60,588 nt of DNA from the NCBI GenBank assembly GCA_043817155.1, contig JBDRHE010000075.1, positions 1 to 60,588 on the forward strand, written 5' to 3'. The position numbers were made by a program, and so were the translations under genes. The notes beneath the pieces were generated by a model. It did not search any database. It was not told where the DNA came from and saw only the letters and a program-made list of their open reading frames with translations. This DNA comes from Candidatus Omnitrophota bacterium (lineage in GTDB: Bacteria > Omnitrophota > Gorgyraeia > JABMRN01 > RBG-13-46-9). Shown here in pieces: positions 38,276-49,584 of the stretch (its first letter is position 1; each line of letters starts with the position of its first letter).

Positions 38276-39187
38276 ATGAAGATAAAGACCAGACGTTATT
38301 ATTTATATTATCTTGCCGCGATAGGGGTATTATTAATTAATCTTTTGCCGCTCAGATTTGCGCTGTATCTGGCAGATCTGGCCGGTAGAATAGCCTTCTT
38401 CGCCGCAAAGAAAGATCGCCAGAGGGCGATCGATAACCTGAGCAGAGCCTTTCCAGAAAAGAAGGATCTTGAGATCGAGCAGATAGCCAAGAGGGTATTC
38501 TCCAATCTGTGTAAGAATGCTATCGAGCTGGTATGCATACGTAAATTTGATAAGAAGAACCTCGAGAGATGGTATAAAGCCGAGGGTTTTGAAAAAGTAT
38601 TGCGTGCTTGCGAAAAAGGCAAAGGCGTCCTTATGTTAACGGCTCACGTCGGTAACTGGGAATTGATGCCTTTCTATTACGTATGGAAGAAGATAATATG
38701 CCACGCGATTGCGCGGCATATATATTTTGACAGATACGATAAATTCATTGCTAATGTCAGATCTTATATAGGGGTGAATGTCATATATCGCGACGAATCG
38801 CCCAAGAAGATATTGAAAACACTTAAGCGAAATGAACTTATAGGAATACTGGCGGACCAGGATGTAGACAGTGTAGATGGTGTATTTGTGGATTTCTTCG
38901 GCAGGCCCGCTTATACGCCTAAAGCGCCTGTTGCCCTTGCGATGGCGAGCGGAGCGAGTTTCATTCCCTGCTTTTTGATCAGGGAGAAGAATTGTCACAA
39001 GCTAATAGTCGATGAACCCATTGTATTTGAGAATAAGTCCAGTAAGGAAGAGACCATAAGGTTTTATACCCAGAAATGGTCGAAAGTATTAGAGTCATAC
39101 ATAAGACGTTATCCCGATCAGTGGGTTTGGATGCATAATAGGTGGAAGACCCAGCCCCAGGGAGAGCTGAGCGCTTCTCCTAAATGA
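38276..39187 (+). CDS. Lipid A biosynthesis acyltransferase (LpxL/HtrB family)
   Basis: TAHVGNWE, ILADQD, VDFFG and PDQWVWMHNRWK. Confidence 0.92.
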   Translation: MKIKTRRYYLYYLAAIGVLLINLLPLRFALYLADLAGRIAFFAAKKDRQRAIDNLSRAFPEKKDLEIEQIAKRVFSNLCKNAIELVCIRKFDKKNLERWYKAEGFEKVLRACEKGKGVLMLTAHVGNWELMPFYYVWKKIICHAIARHIYFDRYDKFIANVRSYIGVNVIYRDESPKKILKTLKRNELIGILADQDVDSVDGVFVDFFGRPAYTPKAPVALAMASGASFIPCFLIREKNCHKLIVDEPIVFENKSSKEETIRFYTQKWSKVLESYIRRYPDQWVWMHNRWKTQPQGELSASPK

Positions 39188-39250
39188 GTAGTGGAAGAGG
39201 TATCTCGGGATACCGGAAAAACCGTAGACCGTAGTTCAGGAGTTTCCAGC

Positions 39251-40069
39251 ATGCGCATTTTCAGGAAGAGATTGTTTGTATATACGATGCTTCTATCCAT
39301 ACCCGTAGTGGCGATCAGCTATTCCAATAAGAGTGTCCCGGCCCCAAATGCGGTCGGACCGGCGGATAGTCTAACGGAGGAGATGTCCGGGATTGAGCGC
39401 TCTTCCGGGCATGAAGGAAAGATCAATGTAAAGCAGGAGGTCCATCTCTTTAAGGTGGAGGCTTTTAACAAGGAAGCGAAGGCGCAGTGGGGCTTAGAGG
39501 GTGAATCGGCCAATGTCGTCCTGGATAAGATAAACATCAAGAACCTTAAAGCTACTTACAATGGTGACGGCATTACATTTACGATCTCAGCGGATAAGGC
39601 GATTTACGACAAAAGCACGCTGGATATCGAGCTTAATAACAATATCATAGCAGTGACGTCCGATGGCGGCGTACTTGTAACGGATTATGCCAGATGGGAC
39701 TCGAAGGCAGAAGAGATACAGACCGACTCCCATGTTATTGTAAGAAGAGAGAATATAACCTGCTTGGGCAGGGGCATGGTTTCAAAGCCGCGTCTTAAGC
39801 TTGTAACTCTCCGCGAAGATATTGAAGTGAAGATAGCTCCGGATAAGGTGATAATATGTGACGGTCCATTCGAGGTAGATCACAAGAAAAGTGTAGCAAT
39901 TTTTAATAACAATGTTAGAATTACGGATAAAGATAGCCAGACTTATACCGATAAGCTCACGGTCTACTTGAATCCCGAAACCAACGAGGTCAGCCGCATC
40001 GTTACGGAAGGCAATGTGAGAGTGGTCCACACAGGGGACGTAACCGGTATGGGGGAGATGGCTTTCTAG
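39251..40069 (+). CDS. lptC: LptC-like protein with an extra C-terminal LptA/OstA-like domain
   Basis: N-terminal membrane anchor, ADKAIYD...NNIIAV and IQTDSHVIV (LptC-like), then FNNNVRI...DKLTVY...EGNVRV (LptA-like); directly upstream of lptB. Start uncertain (GTG 39191 or ATG 39251). Confidence 0.75.
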   Translation: MRIFRKRLFVYTMLLSIPVVAISYSNKSVPAPNAVGPADSLTEEMSGIERSSGHEGKINVKQEVHLFKVEAFNKEAKAQWGLEGESANVVLDKINIKNLKATYNGDGITFTISADKAIYDKSTLDIELNNNIIAVTSDGGVLVTDYARWDSKAEEIQTDSHVIVRRENITCLGRGMVSKPRLKLVTLREDIEVKIAPDKVIICDGPFEVDHKKSVAIFNNNVRITDKDSQTYTDKLTVYLNPETNEVSRIVTEGNVRVVHTGDVTGMGEMAF

Positions 40070-40109
40070 CAACTAGCATTTTACGCTATACGTAAATTAC
40101 GGAGCAACC

Positions 40110-40832
40110 ATGCATTTATTAGAGACTCAAGGGCTGATCAAATCATACGGCGGCAGACGTGTCGTAAACGGCGTTGATATAAACGTAAAACGCGGTGAGG
40201 TGGTTGGGCTTCTCGGTCCGAATGGCGCCGGCAAGACGACTACGTTTTATATGGTTACGGGCATAATCGCTCCTGACAAGGGAAAGATAATATTTGACAG
40301 AAAGAATATTACGAATATATCCATGCATCACAGGGCAAGGAGTGGTATAGGCTATCTTTCGCAGGAGCCATCAATATTCCGGAAGCTGACGGTTGAGGAG
40401 AATATACTGGCAATTCTTGAGACCCTGGCCTTTCCGAGGAAAGAACGTAAGCGCCGGCTCGATGAACTTCTTGAGGAGCTCAGGATATCGCATCTTAGGA
40501 AGAGCAAGGCGTATACGCTTTCAGGCGGAGAGAGAAGGAGGCTTGAGATAACACGCGCGCTTGTAACAAACCCCATGTTTATACTATTGGATGAACCGTT
40601 CAGCGGAATAGACCCTATTGCCGTATATGACTGCCAGGAGGTCATTAAAGAGCTGAGAGAGAAGAATCTGGGGATCCTTTTAACGGACCACAATGTCAGA
40701 GAGACCCTGGCCATAACGGACAGGTCCTACCTCATGTGTGATGGGAAGATATTGATATCGGGCAGTAAAGATGAGCTCATAACGAATCCCAAAGCGCGCG
40801 AGATATATCTTGGAGAACAATTTACGATGTGA
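40110..40832 (+). CDS. lptB: LPS export ABC transporter ATP-binding protein
   Basis: GPNGAGKTT, YLSQEPSIFRKL, LSGGERRR, LDEPFSGIDP and TDHNVRETL. Confidence 0.96.
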   Translation: MHLLETQGLIKSYGGRRVVNGVDINVKRGEVVGLLGPNGAGKTTTFYMVTGIIAPDKGKIIFDRKNITNISMHHRARSGIGYLSQEPSIFRKLTVEENILAILETLAFPRKERKRRLDELLEELRISHLRKSKAYTLSGGERRRLEITRALVTNPMFILLDEPFSGIDPIAVYDCQEVIKELREKNLGILLTDHNVRETLAITDRSYLMCDGKILISGSKDELITNPKAREIYLGEQFTM

Positions 40833-40860
40833 TATAATTTGTCTTCCGATAATACACGTA

Positions 40861-41034
40861 AAGTAGCGAGTAGAGAGTAGCAAGTAGCAAGAAAGACTCA
40901 CTCTACTCTCTGCTTGGCATTTTGAAGGATACGCTAAAAGAGATATATATACACAGATGAACAAGTAAGTAGCGAGAAGAGAGTAGCAAGTAGCAAGAAA
41001 GACTCACTCTACTCTCTGCTTGCTACTCGCTACT
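40861..41034. repeat. Two direct F5 copies separated by a 49-bp diverged copy of the aminotransferase 3' end
   Basis: 40912-40960 matches 44052-44100 at 46 of 49 positions. Confidence 0.92.
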
Positions 41035-41050
41035 TTAAAAAGAATAAAAA

Positions 41051-42322
41051 ATGAAGACGAGAATAAAGAACGTAGAAGATTGTACAAAAATATTGCAGGT
41101 AGAAATACCTGTAAACCTGGTCAAAGAGATGACAGAAGAGGTCTATAAGGAGATCAAGAAAGTCGCGAAGGTGCCCGGGTTCAGGACCGGGTTCGTGCCG
41201 CAGGATCTTCTCGAGAAACACTATTCGAAAGATGCCAGGGAAGATATTCTGAAAAGACTCATTCCCGAAGGCTATAAAAAGGCCTTAGAGAACCACAATG
41301 TTTCGCCTGTGAGTTTCCCGCGCGTCTTCAACATCAATTTTGAATCGGAAAAGCCGCTTACCTTTGAGGCCCAGGTCGACACCAGGCCGAGCTTCAAGTT
41401 GAAGAGCTATAAAGGCATAAAGGTCAAAAAGAAGAGGCTATCAGTTTCGAGCGAAGAACTTGATAGCGCGCTCTCTAGGTTGCAGAATACGAACGCAAAG
41501 TATAATGATGTCAAAAGGCCGATAGGGAAGGGAGATTACTCTGTTTGCGAGGTCGAGGCGTTTATTGATGGAAGATCGATAACCAAGAAGAACAAGAACA
41601 TGTGGATCATGGCGGATAAGGAAGGATCGATGCTCGGGCTTGGCGAAGAGCTTGTGGGCATGGAGAAGGGACAGACTAAAGAGATCGAGGCGAAGCTCCC
41701 GGATGATTATCCGGATAAGAAGTACGCCGGGAAGACCGCAAAGTTCAAGGTGCTTGTAAATGAAGTTAAGGAGAAGGATCTGCCGCCGCTTGACGACAAT
41801 CTAGCAAAGAGTATCAACATAGAGAGCCTGGACCAGCTAAAGAAAGAGATAGAAGCTCAACTTTTCGCGCGTAAGGAGATGAATCTAAAGATAGAGATGG
41901 AGAGTCAGATCATAGACAGACTCCTTAAGGATTATAAATTCTCGGTTCCGGCCAGCATGGCGGATAGGCAGAAGGAGGTTTTATCCAAGAGGATGGAATA
42001 TGAGCTTTCAAGGAGTGGTATTCAAAAAGACGATGTGGAAAAGAGAATCAAAGAATTGGATCCAAGGTTAAAGGAAGACGCCAAAGATAAGGTCAAGATA
42101 TATTTTGTCCTGGATGATATAGCAGCGAAGGAAGATATAAAAGTAGATGAGGCGGATATCGAAAGTCGCCTTACGTCTGTAGCCCAGTCTACGGGACGAT
42201 CTGTCGAAGATGTTAAAGAGCATTATGAGAAAGAGGATCTACTGGGTGGTTTAAGCGAAGAGATCAAGGAGGCCAAGGTCCTGGAATTCCTGCTCAAAGA
42301 AGCGGACGTGACTGAAGAATGA
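41051..42322 (+). CDS. tig: Trigger factor
   Basis: [10 protein letters not shown] ribosome-binding motif, FKBP-like middle domain with [17 protein letters not shown]; tig-clpP synteny. Confidence 0.95.
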   Translation: MKTRIKNVEDCTKILQVEIPVNLVKEMTEEVYKEIKKVAKVPGFRTGFVPQDLLEKHYSKDAREDILKRLIPEGYKKALENHNVSPVSFPRVFNINFESEKPLTFEAQVDTRPSFKLKSYKGIKVKKKRLSVSSEELDSALSRLQNTNAKYNDVKRPIGKGDYSVCEVEAFIDGRSITKKNKNMWIMADKEGSMLGLGEELVGMEKGQTKEIEAKLPDDYPDKKYAGKTAKFKVLVNEVKEKDLPPLDDNLAKSINIESLDQLKKEIEAQLFARKEMNLKIEMESQIIDRLLKDYKFSVPASMADRQKEVLSKRMEYELSRSGIQKDDVEKRIKELDPRLKEDAKDKVKIYFVLDDIAAKEDIKVDEADIESRLTSVAQSTGRSVEDVKEHYEKEDLLGGLSEEIKEAKVLEFLLKEADVTEE

Positions 42323-42327
42323 ACATC

Positions 42328-42392
42328 GGTGTACCAATCACCAGCGCACCTGGATAATCCGGTGCTCCGGTGTTCTGGTGCTCTGGTGCACT
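42328..42392. repeat. 8-mer periodic palindrome (CACCAG versus CTGGTGCT/CCGGTGTT)
   Basis: ccggtgct ccggtgtt ctggtgct ctggtgca facing accaatcaccagcgcacc. Confidence 0.8.
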
Positions 42393-42410
42393 ATTGATAA
42401 GGAGGTAAGC

Positions 42411-43010
42411 ATGAGTATACTGGTACCCATGGTAATTGAACAGACCGGAAGATCGGAACGCGCATATGACATCTACTCAAGACTTTTAAAGGACAGGGTG
42501 GTATTTATCGGCACGCCTATCGATGATAATATCGCCAATATAATAATAGCGCAGTTACTCTTTTTACAGATGGAGAATCCGGAAAAAGATATAGACCTGT
42601 ACATAAACACGCCGGGGGGTCACGTTACGAGCGGCCTGGCCATCTATGATACTATGCAATTCATCAAGCCGGACGTAAACACATATTGTGTCGGACAGGC
42701 TGCCAGCATGGGTGCTGTGCTCCTGGCTGCCGGCGCTAAGGGAAAGCGCTATGCCCTTCCGCACGCGCGCATCATGATCCATCAACCCTGGGGTGGGGTG
42801 CAGGGAGCAGCCTCGGATATAAGCATTCAGGCACAGGAGATACTGAGGCTTAAGGACAGTATCGAGTGCATCATCGCAAAGCACACGGAGCAGCCGATGG
42901 ATAAGATAAAGAAGGATACCGACAGGGACTACTTCATGTCAGGCGAAGAGGCCAAGAAATACAAAATAGTGGACGAAGTCATTGAATCGGTAAAGGAGAA
43001 CAAGAAATAG
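42411..43010 (+). CDS. clpP: ATP-dependent Clp protease proteolytic subunit
   Basis: [25 protein letters not shown] and IMIHQP; RBS AGGAGG, ATG 42411. Confidence 0.97.
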   Translation: MSILVPMVIEQTGRSERAYDIYSRLLKDRVVFIGTPIDDNIANIIIAQLLFLQMENPEKDIDLYINTPGGHVTSGLAIYDTMQFIKPDVNTYCVGQAASMGAVLLAAGAKGKRYALPHARIMIHQPWGGVQGAASDISIQAQEILRLKDSIECIIAKHTEQPMDKIKKDTDRDYFMSGEEAKKYKIVDEVIESVKENKK

Positions 43011-43014
43011 AAAA

Positions 43015-44100
43015 ATGAAGAAACATTACCTGCTAACTCCCGGACCTGCGCAGATGCCAGAAGATATTTTGGAGAGCATGGGAAGGCCCATAATACATCA
43101 CAGAACCCAGCAATACAGGGATATTGTTAAGTCCGCGAACGAGAATCTTAAGAAGGTATTTAAGACCACCAGGAACGTGCTGACCTTTACTTCGAGCGGA
43201 ACAGGCGCCATGGAAGCAAGCGTGGTCAACACGCTTTCGAAAGGTGATACGGCAATAGTGGTAAGGGGCGGAAAGTTTGGCGAGAGATTCGATGAGATAT
43301 GCCGGGCTTACGGTGTCGAGGTAGTTGTCGCTGATGTTACGTGGGGCGAAAGGCCTGAAGCGCGGACCATAGACGTTCTACTACAGAAGCATCCTGATAC
43401 GAAGGCCGTGTTTATGCAACTGTGCGAAACCTCAACAGCTACCGTATACGATGTGGAAGCGATCGGTAAGGTTGTAAGCAAGACCCCAGCCATTCTAGTA
43501 GTCGATGCGATAAGCGGCCTGGGATCCGATGAATTCAAGATGGATGAGTGGAACGTGGATGTCGCTATAGGCGGATCGCAGAAAGGATTTATGCTACCAC
43601 CCGGCCTTTCTTTCTGCGCGGTAAGCGAAAAGGCCTGGAACCTGGTTAAGAAGTCGACACTCCCTAAGTACTATTACGATTTTTTATTCTACGAGAAACT
43701 TATGGGTAAATCCGACAGCCCGTTCACGCCCGCCATAACGCTCGTTATCGGTCTGGAGAAAGCAATGTCTGCGATCGTGGCTGAAGGGGTGGACGCTTTT
43801 ATCAGAAGGCACCGGGAAGACGCCCGGTACGTGCGTGAGACTATCAAAGAGATGGGACTTACGCTCTTTTCCAGGTTTCCGTCAGATGCTGTTACGGCCG
43901 CAAATATACCGGGCCCGGTAGATGGCGCTAAACTACTAAGCTCGCTTAAGTCTAAAGGCGTTACGCTGGCAGGCGGACAGGCTGAACTTAAAGGTAAGAT
44001 CTTTAGGATCGCTCAGATGGGCGGTATTACTCGAAAGGATTTAGAATTCGCGCTTGGCATTTTGAAGGATACGCTGAAAGAGATATGGATACACAGATGA
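43015..44100 (+). CDS. Class V PLP aminotransferase (serine-pyruvate/alanine-glyoxylate type; probably the phosphoserine aminotransferase role next to serA)
   Basis: LLTPGP, SSGTGAMEA, CETST, VDAISG, GSQKGFMLPPG and SPFTP. Confidence 0.9.
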   Translation: MKKHYLLTPGPAQMPEDILESMGRPIIHHRTQQYRDIVKSANENLKKVFKTTRNVLTFTSSGTGAMEASVVNTLSKGDTAIVVRGGKFGERFDEICRAYGVEVVVADVTWGERPEARTIDVLLQKHPDTKAVFMQLCETSTATVYDVEAIGKVVSKTPAILVVDAISGLGSDEFKMDEWNVDVAIGGSQKGFMLPPGLSFCAVSEKAWNLVKKSTLPKYYYDFLFYEKLMGKSDSPFTPAITLVIGLEKAMSAIVAEGVDAFIRRHREDARYVRETIKEMGLTLFSRFPSDAVTAANIPGPVDGAKLLSSLKSKGVTLAGGQAELKGKIFRIAQMGGITRKDLEFALGILKDTLKEIWIHR

Positions 44101-44452
44101 GCACAGATGGGTAAGCTACGAAGGACGATGGACGAAGGACGAAGACGAATTGTAATTGCTCGTCTTTGCGAGGAACTTATGAAAGCTTTATGTTCCGAAG
44201 CAATCTCAAACTAGCTCGAATGAGATTGCTTCGGCACACTCGAATTTTACGGTGCCTCGCAAAGACAGGGTTAGATGAGATTGTCCCGTCACACGCAAGT
44301 AGCGTCGGGAAAGAAGAAAGCAAGCCAAAGTCTATAGTCTTCAGTCTGTAGTCTTTAGTCTATAGTCTGGCTTAGAGCTTAAGGCTAAATTTAATTTATT
44401 AGAATTCTGCGTCATTCGTGTTTAAACGTTAGATCTGTGCTAATCTGTAGTT
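44088..44452. repeat. Composite: CACAGAT outer arms around a GACGAAG arm, F1 (44159-44266), an orphan GAGATTG plus TCCCG...CGGGA hairpin (44284-44310), and TAGTCT and GCTTA arms
   Basis: Read directly. Confidence 0.9.
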
Positions 44453-44468
44453 AAGAAGGAGAATCACA

Positions 44469-46052
44469 GTGGCTAAGATATTAATAAGCGATTCTTTGGC
44501 GGAGGAAGGAGTGAATATCCTGAGGAAGCAGAAAGGTATCAGGGTAGATGTAAAGACGAAACTTCCGGTTGAGGAACTGAAGAAGATCATAGGAGAATAT
44601 GATGCCATTATTGTGCGTAGTCAGACGAAGATTACGAAGGATATAATAAAACATGCTAAGAGATTGCGTTATATAGGCAGAGCCGGTGTGGGTCTGGATA
44701 ATGTAGATGTGAACGAAGCCTCGAAGAAGGGCATTATTGTTATGAATGCTCCCGGAGGGAACACGGTTTCGACCGCGGAACATACGTTTTCACTTATATT
44801 GTCACTGTCTCGCAACATTCCTCAGGCCGATGCGTCGGTCAAGAGAGGCCAGTGGGAGAGAAAGAAGTTTATGGGTGTTGAGCTATATGGCAAAACCCTC
44901 GGCATCATAGGCCTTGGCAGGATCGGAGCGGCGGTAGCCGGATACGCGGCCAGCTTCAAAATGAGGGTTATAGCCTGCGACCCCTTCTTATCCCCGCAGC
45001 GCGCCAAAGAGCTCGGGATAGAATCGGTCTCTTTGGATAATCTATTCAAGAAATCCGACTATATAACGGTTCACGCGCCTCTTACCGATGAGACGTACCA
45101 TATAATAGGAGAAAGATCCTTCAAAAAGATGAAGAGAGGCGTCCGGATCATAAACTGCGCAAGGGGAGGAATTGTTGATGAGAAAGCTCTTATCAAGGCC
45201 ATAGAGAGCGGCCGGGCAGCGGGCGCGGCTCTTGACGTATACGAGAAAGAACCGCCGGGACAGGAGAAGATCACAGCTATCGATAAGATAATTACTACGC
45301 CGCATCTGGGCGCGTCGACAGAGGAGGCCCAGGTGAACGTCGCTATCGACATAGCAGGCAGTATACTCGACGCTATCGAGCATAGAGGCATAAGGAACGC
45401 CGTTAATGTACCTTCAATAGAGCCGGGACTCCTTAAGGTGCTCGAGCCTTACCTGAATCTTGCCGAAAAGGTAGGCAGCATGCACGCTCAGCTTATCGAA
45501 GGATATATTAAGAAGGTGAGGATAAAGTATGTGGGCGATATTGTAAATTTTAACCTGAATCATATGACGCGTTCAATCATGAAGGGTATGCTTGCCCACA
45601 CCTTAGAAGAGGGCGTAAACTATGTTAACGCCCTTGTTATCGCCCGCGAAAGAGGTATTAAGATAAATGAAGAGAAGACCAAGGAGATAGAGGATTTCGC
45701 GAACCTCCTTATTGTTGAGGTGGAGACCGATCGCATGAAGAACCTGATCGTGGGAACGCTCTTTACAAAGATCGATCCGCGTATCGTAAAGATAAACCAG
45801 TTTTATGTCGATGCTGTTCCCGATGGGAACATCCTTGTCATATATAATTATGATAGACCCGGTATAGTAGGACAGATCGGGAGTATACTGGGTAGCAATG
45901 GCATCAATATAGCCGGCATGACATTTGGACGCGCTAAGCGCGGTGGGTCGGCCATTACACTTTTGAATGTTGACAGCAAGATCCCGGAGAACGTTCTTCG
46001 GAAGATCATGAAAGCAAAGCATATAAAGGAAGCAAAACTGATCAAACTTTAG
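44469..46052 (+). CDS. serA: D-3-phosphoglycerate dehydrogenase
   Basis: 527 aa; RAGVGLDN, GLGRIG, NCARGG, TPHLGAST and C-terminal ASB and ACT domains. Confidence 0.96.
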   Translation: MAKILISDSLAEEGVNILRKQKGIRVDVKTKLPVEELKKIIGEYDAIIVRSQTKITKDIIKHAKRLRYIGRAGVGLDNVDVNEASKKGIIVMNAPGGNTVSTAEHTFSLILSLSRNIPQADASVKRGQWERKKFMGVELYGKTLGIIGLGRIGAAVAGYAASFKMRVIACDPFLSPQRAKELGIESVSLDNLFKKSDYITVHAPLTDETYHIIGERSFKKMKRGVRIINCARGGIVDEKALIKAIESGRAAGAALDVYEKEPPGQEKITAIDKIITTPHLGASTEEAQVNVAIDIAGSILDAIEHRGIRNAVNVPSIEPGLLKVLEPYLNLAEKVGSMHAQLIEGYIKKVRIKYVGDIVNFNLNHMTRSIMKGMLAHTLEEGVNYVNALVIARERGIKINEEKTKEIEDFANLLIVEVETDRMKNLIVGTLFTKIDPRIVKINQFYVDAVPDGNILVIYNYDRPGIVGQIGSILGSNGINIAGMTFGRAKRGGSAITLLNVDSKIPENVLRKIMKAKHIKEAKLIKL

Positions 46053-46103
46053 CGGCAATTCGTGTAATCAGTTTATGTAATCAAGCAAGAAGAAGGTGTG
46101 CAT

Positions 46104-47351
46104 ATGAAGAAGAGAAAGAATATAATACGCATTATAGATGTAACCAACAGGGACGGCGTGCAGACCTCACGGCTGGGTCTGGCAAAACTGCAGAAGACTA
46201 TGATAAACATCTATCTTAACGAGATGGGTATATATCAGAGCGAGTTTGGCTTTCCCGTTACTAAGCACGAAACAAATTATATCAACGCCAATCTAGAGCT
46301 GGCAAAGAAGAAGGTCTTGAAACCCATCATACTGGAAGGCTGGGTAAGGGCCATCAAGGAAGATGTTATCAAAGCCAGGGAGATGACGGATGTAGAACAT
46401 TTAAATCTATCTATATCTACGTCCGATCAGATGATAAAGGGTAAATTCAAAGGTAAATATTCAAAGAAGGACGTTATTGACAAGATGGTTGAGGCTGCCA
46501 CTACCGCTAAGAAACTCGGTATCAAAACAATGGGCATTAATGCGGAAGATGCCTCCAGAACCGACATGAGTTATCTGATAGAGTTTGCGCTCGCAGCAAA
46601 GAGTTGCGGCGCTGACAGGATAAGGTATTGCGATACGCTCGGATTTGACGATCCTTTCAGCATATATGATAGGGTGGCGGCTCTGGCGTCCAGCGTGGGG
46701 ATACCGATAGAACTGCACTGCCATAATGATCTGGGCATGGTAAATGCTTGCAGTATAGCCGGAGCGAAAGCAGCCATCGATTCAGGCGTGGACGCTTTTA
46801 TAAATACCACTGTAAATGGCATGGGTGAAAGAGCCGGCAACGCGGATCTGGTGAGCGTTATTCTTGCCATAACCCATTCAAGCGGTTTTAGAGGAAAGTA
46901 TAGGCTTGATAGCAGGATCAATCTAAAGAAAGCCTGGAGGATCGCTAAGTACGCATCTTACGCATTCGGGGTAGAGATCCCCGTAAATCAGGTGGCTGTC
47001 GGAGAGAATGCCTTTGCTCATGAATCAGGCATACATGCTGACGGCGCCTTAAAAGACAGGCGAAACTACGAGCTCTATGATTTTGAAGAGCTTGGCAGGG
47101 GCGAGCCCGAGATCATCGAAACGGGGAGACATATAACGGCGGGCGAATATTCCGGGATAAAGGGTTTTAGGAACGTATATGACAAGATGAAGATAGAGTT
47201 CAAGAACGAAAAGGAAGCTGTAAGGATACTGGAGCTTGTCCGATATGCGAACGTGCACACGCAGAAGCCTCTTACGGAAGATGAGCTCATCTTTATTGCC
47301 AAATACCCGAATGTTGCGAAAAAAGTATTTACGATGTCACCTCTGTCATAG
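46104..47351 (+). CDS. LeuA/homocitrate-synthase superfamily enzyme, probably Re-citrate synthase
   Basis: IIDVTNRDGVQT, NAEDASRT, HCHNDLG, GMGERAGN and AHESGIHADG; resembles, from memory, the Dehalococcoides CbdbA1708-type Re-citrate synthase. Confidence 0.75.
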   Translation: MKKRKNIIRIIDVTNRDGVQTSRLGLAKLQKTMINIYLNEMGIYQSEFGFPVTKHETNYINANLELAKKKVLKPIILEGWVRAIKEDVIKAREMTDVEHLNLSISTSDQMIKGKFKGKYSKKDVIDKMVEAATTAKKLGIKTMGINAEDASRTDMSYLIEFALAAKSCGADRIRYCDTLGFDDPFSIYDRVAALASSVGIPIELHCHNDLGMVNACSIAGAKAAIDSGVDAFINTTVNGMGERAGNADLVSVILAITHSSGFRGKYRLDSRINLKKAWRIAKYASYAFGVEIPVNQVAVGENAFAHESGIHADGALKDRRNYELYDFEELGRGEPEIIETGRHITAGEYSGIKGFRNVYDKMKIEFKNEKEAVRILELVRYANVHTQKPLTEDELIFIAKYPNVAKKVFTMSPLS

Positions 47352-47411
47352 ATTTCGGATGGTCGTTTCCAGGTTTTAGGTTGCATTAGATGTTAAGGGT
47401 AAGCTGACAGA

Positions 47412-49362
<1,951 letters not shown>

Positions 49363-49540
49363 GTCACAGATGAGCGCAGATTTTATTACAAGGCACTGTA
49401 ATACTCGAAACGTGACTAAGTAATTCCTGATTCGTCTTTGCGAGGCACCGAAATATTCGAGCGTGCCGAAGCAATCTCTGCGAGCTAGTCTGAGATTGCT
49501 TCGGTGCGCTAAGTGATTTACGGCACCTCGCAAAGACGAA
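49363..49540. repeat. CACAGAT arm plus an empty F1 in the inverted orientation (49431-49540)
   Basis: Same arrangement as 17557-17667. Confidence 0.92.
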
Positions 49541-49584
49541 GTGTAGTATTGATTACGTTTGTGCACAATAAAAAAGGAGAGTAA

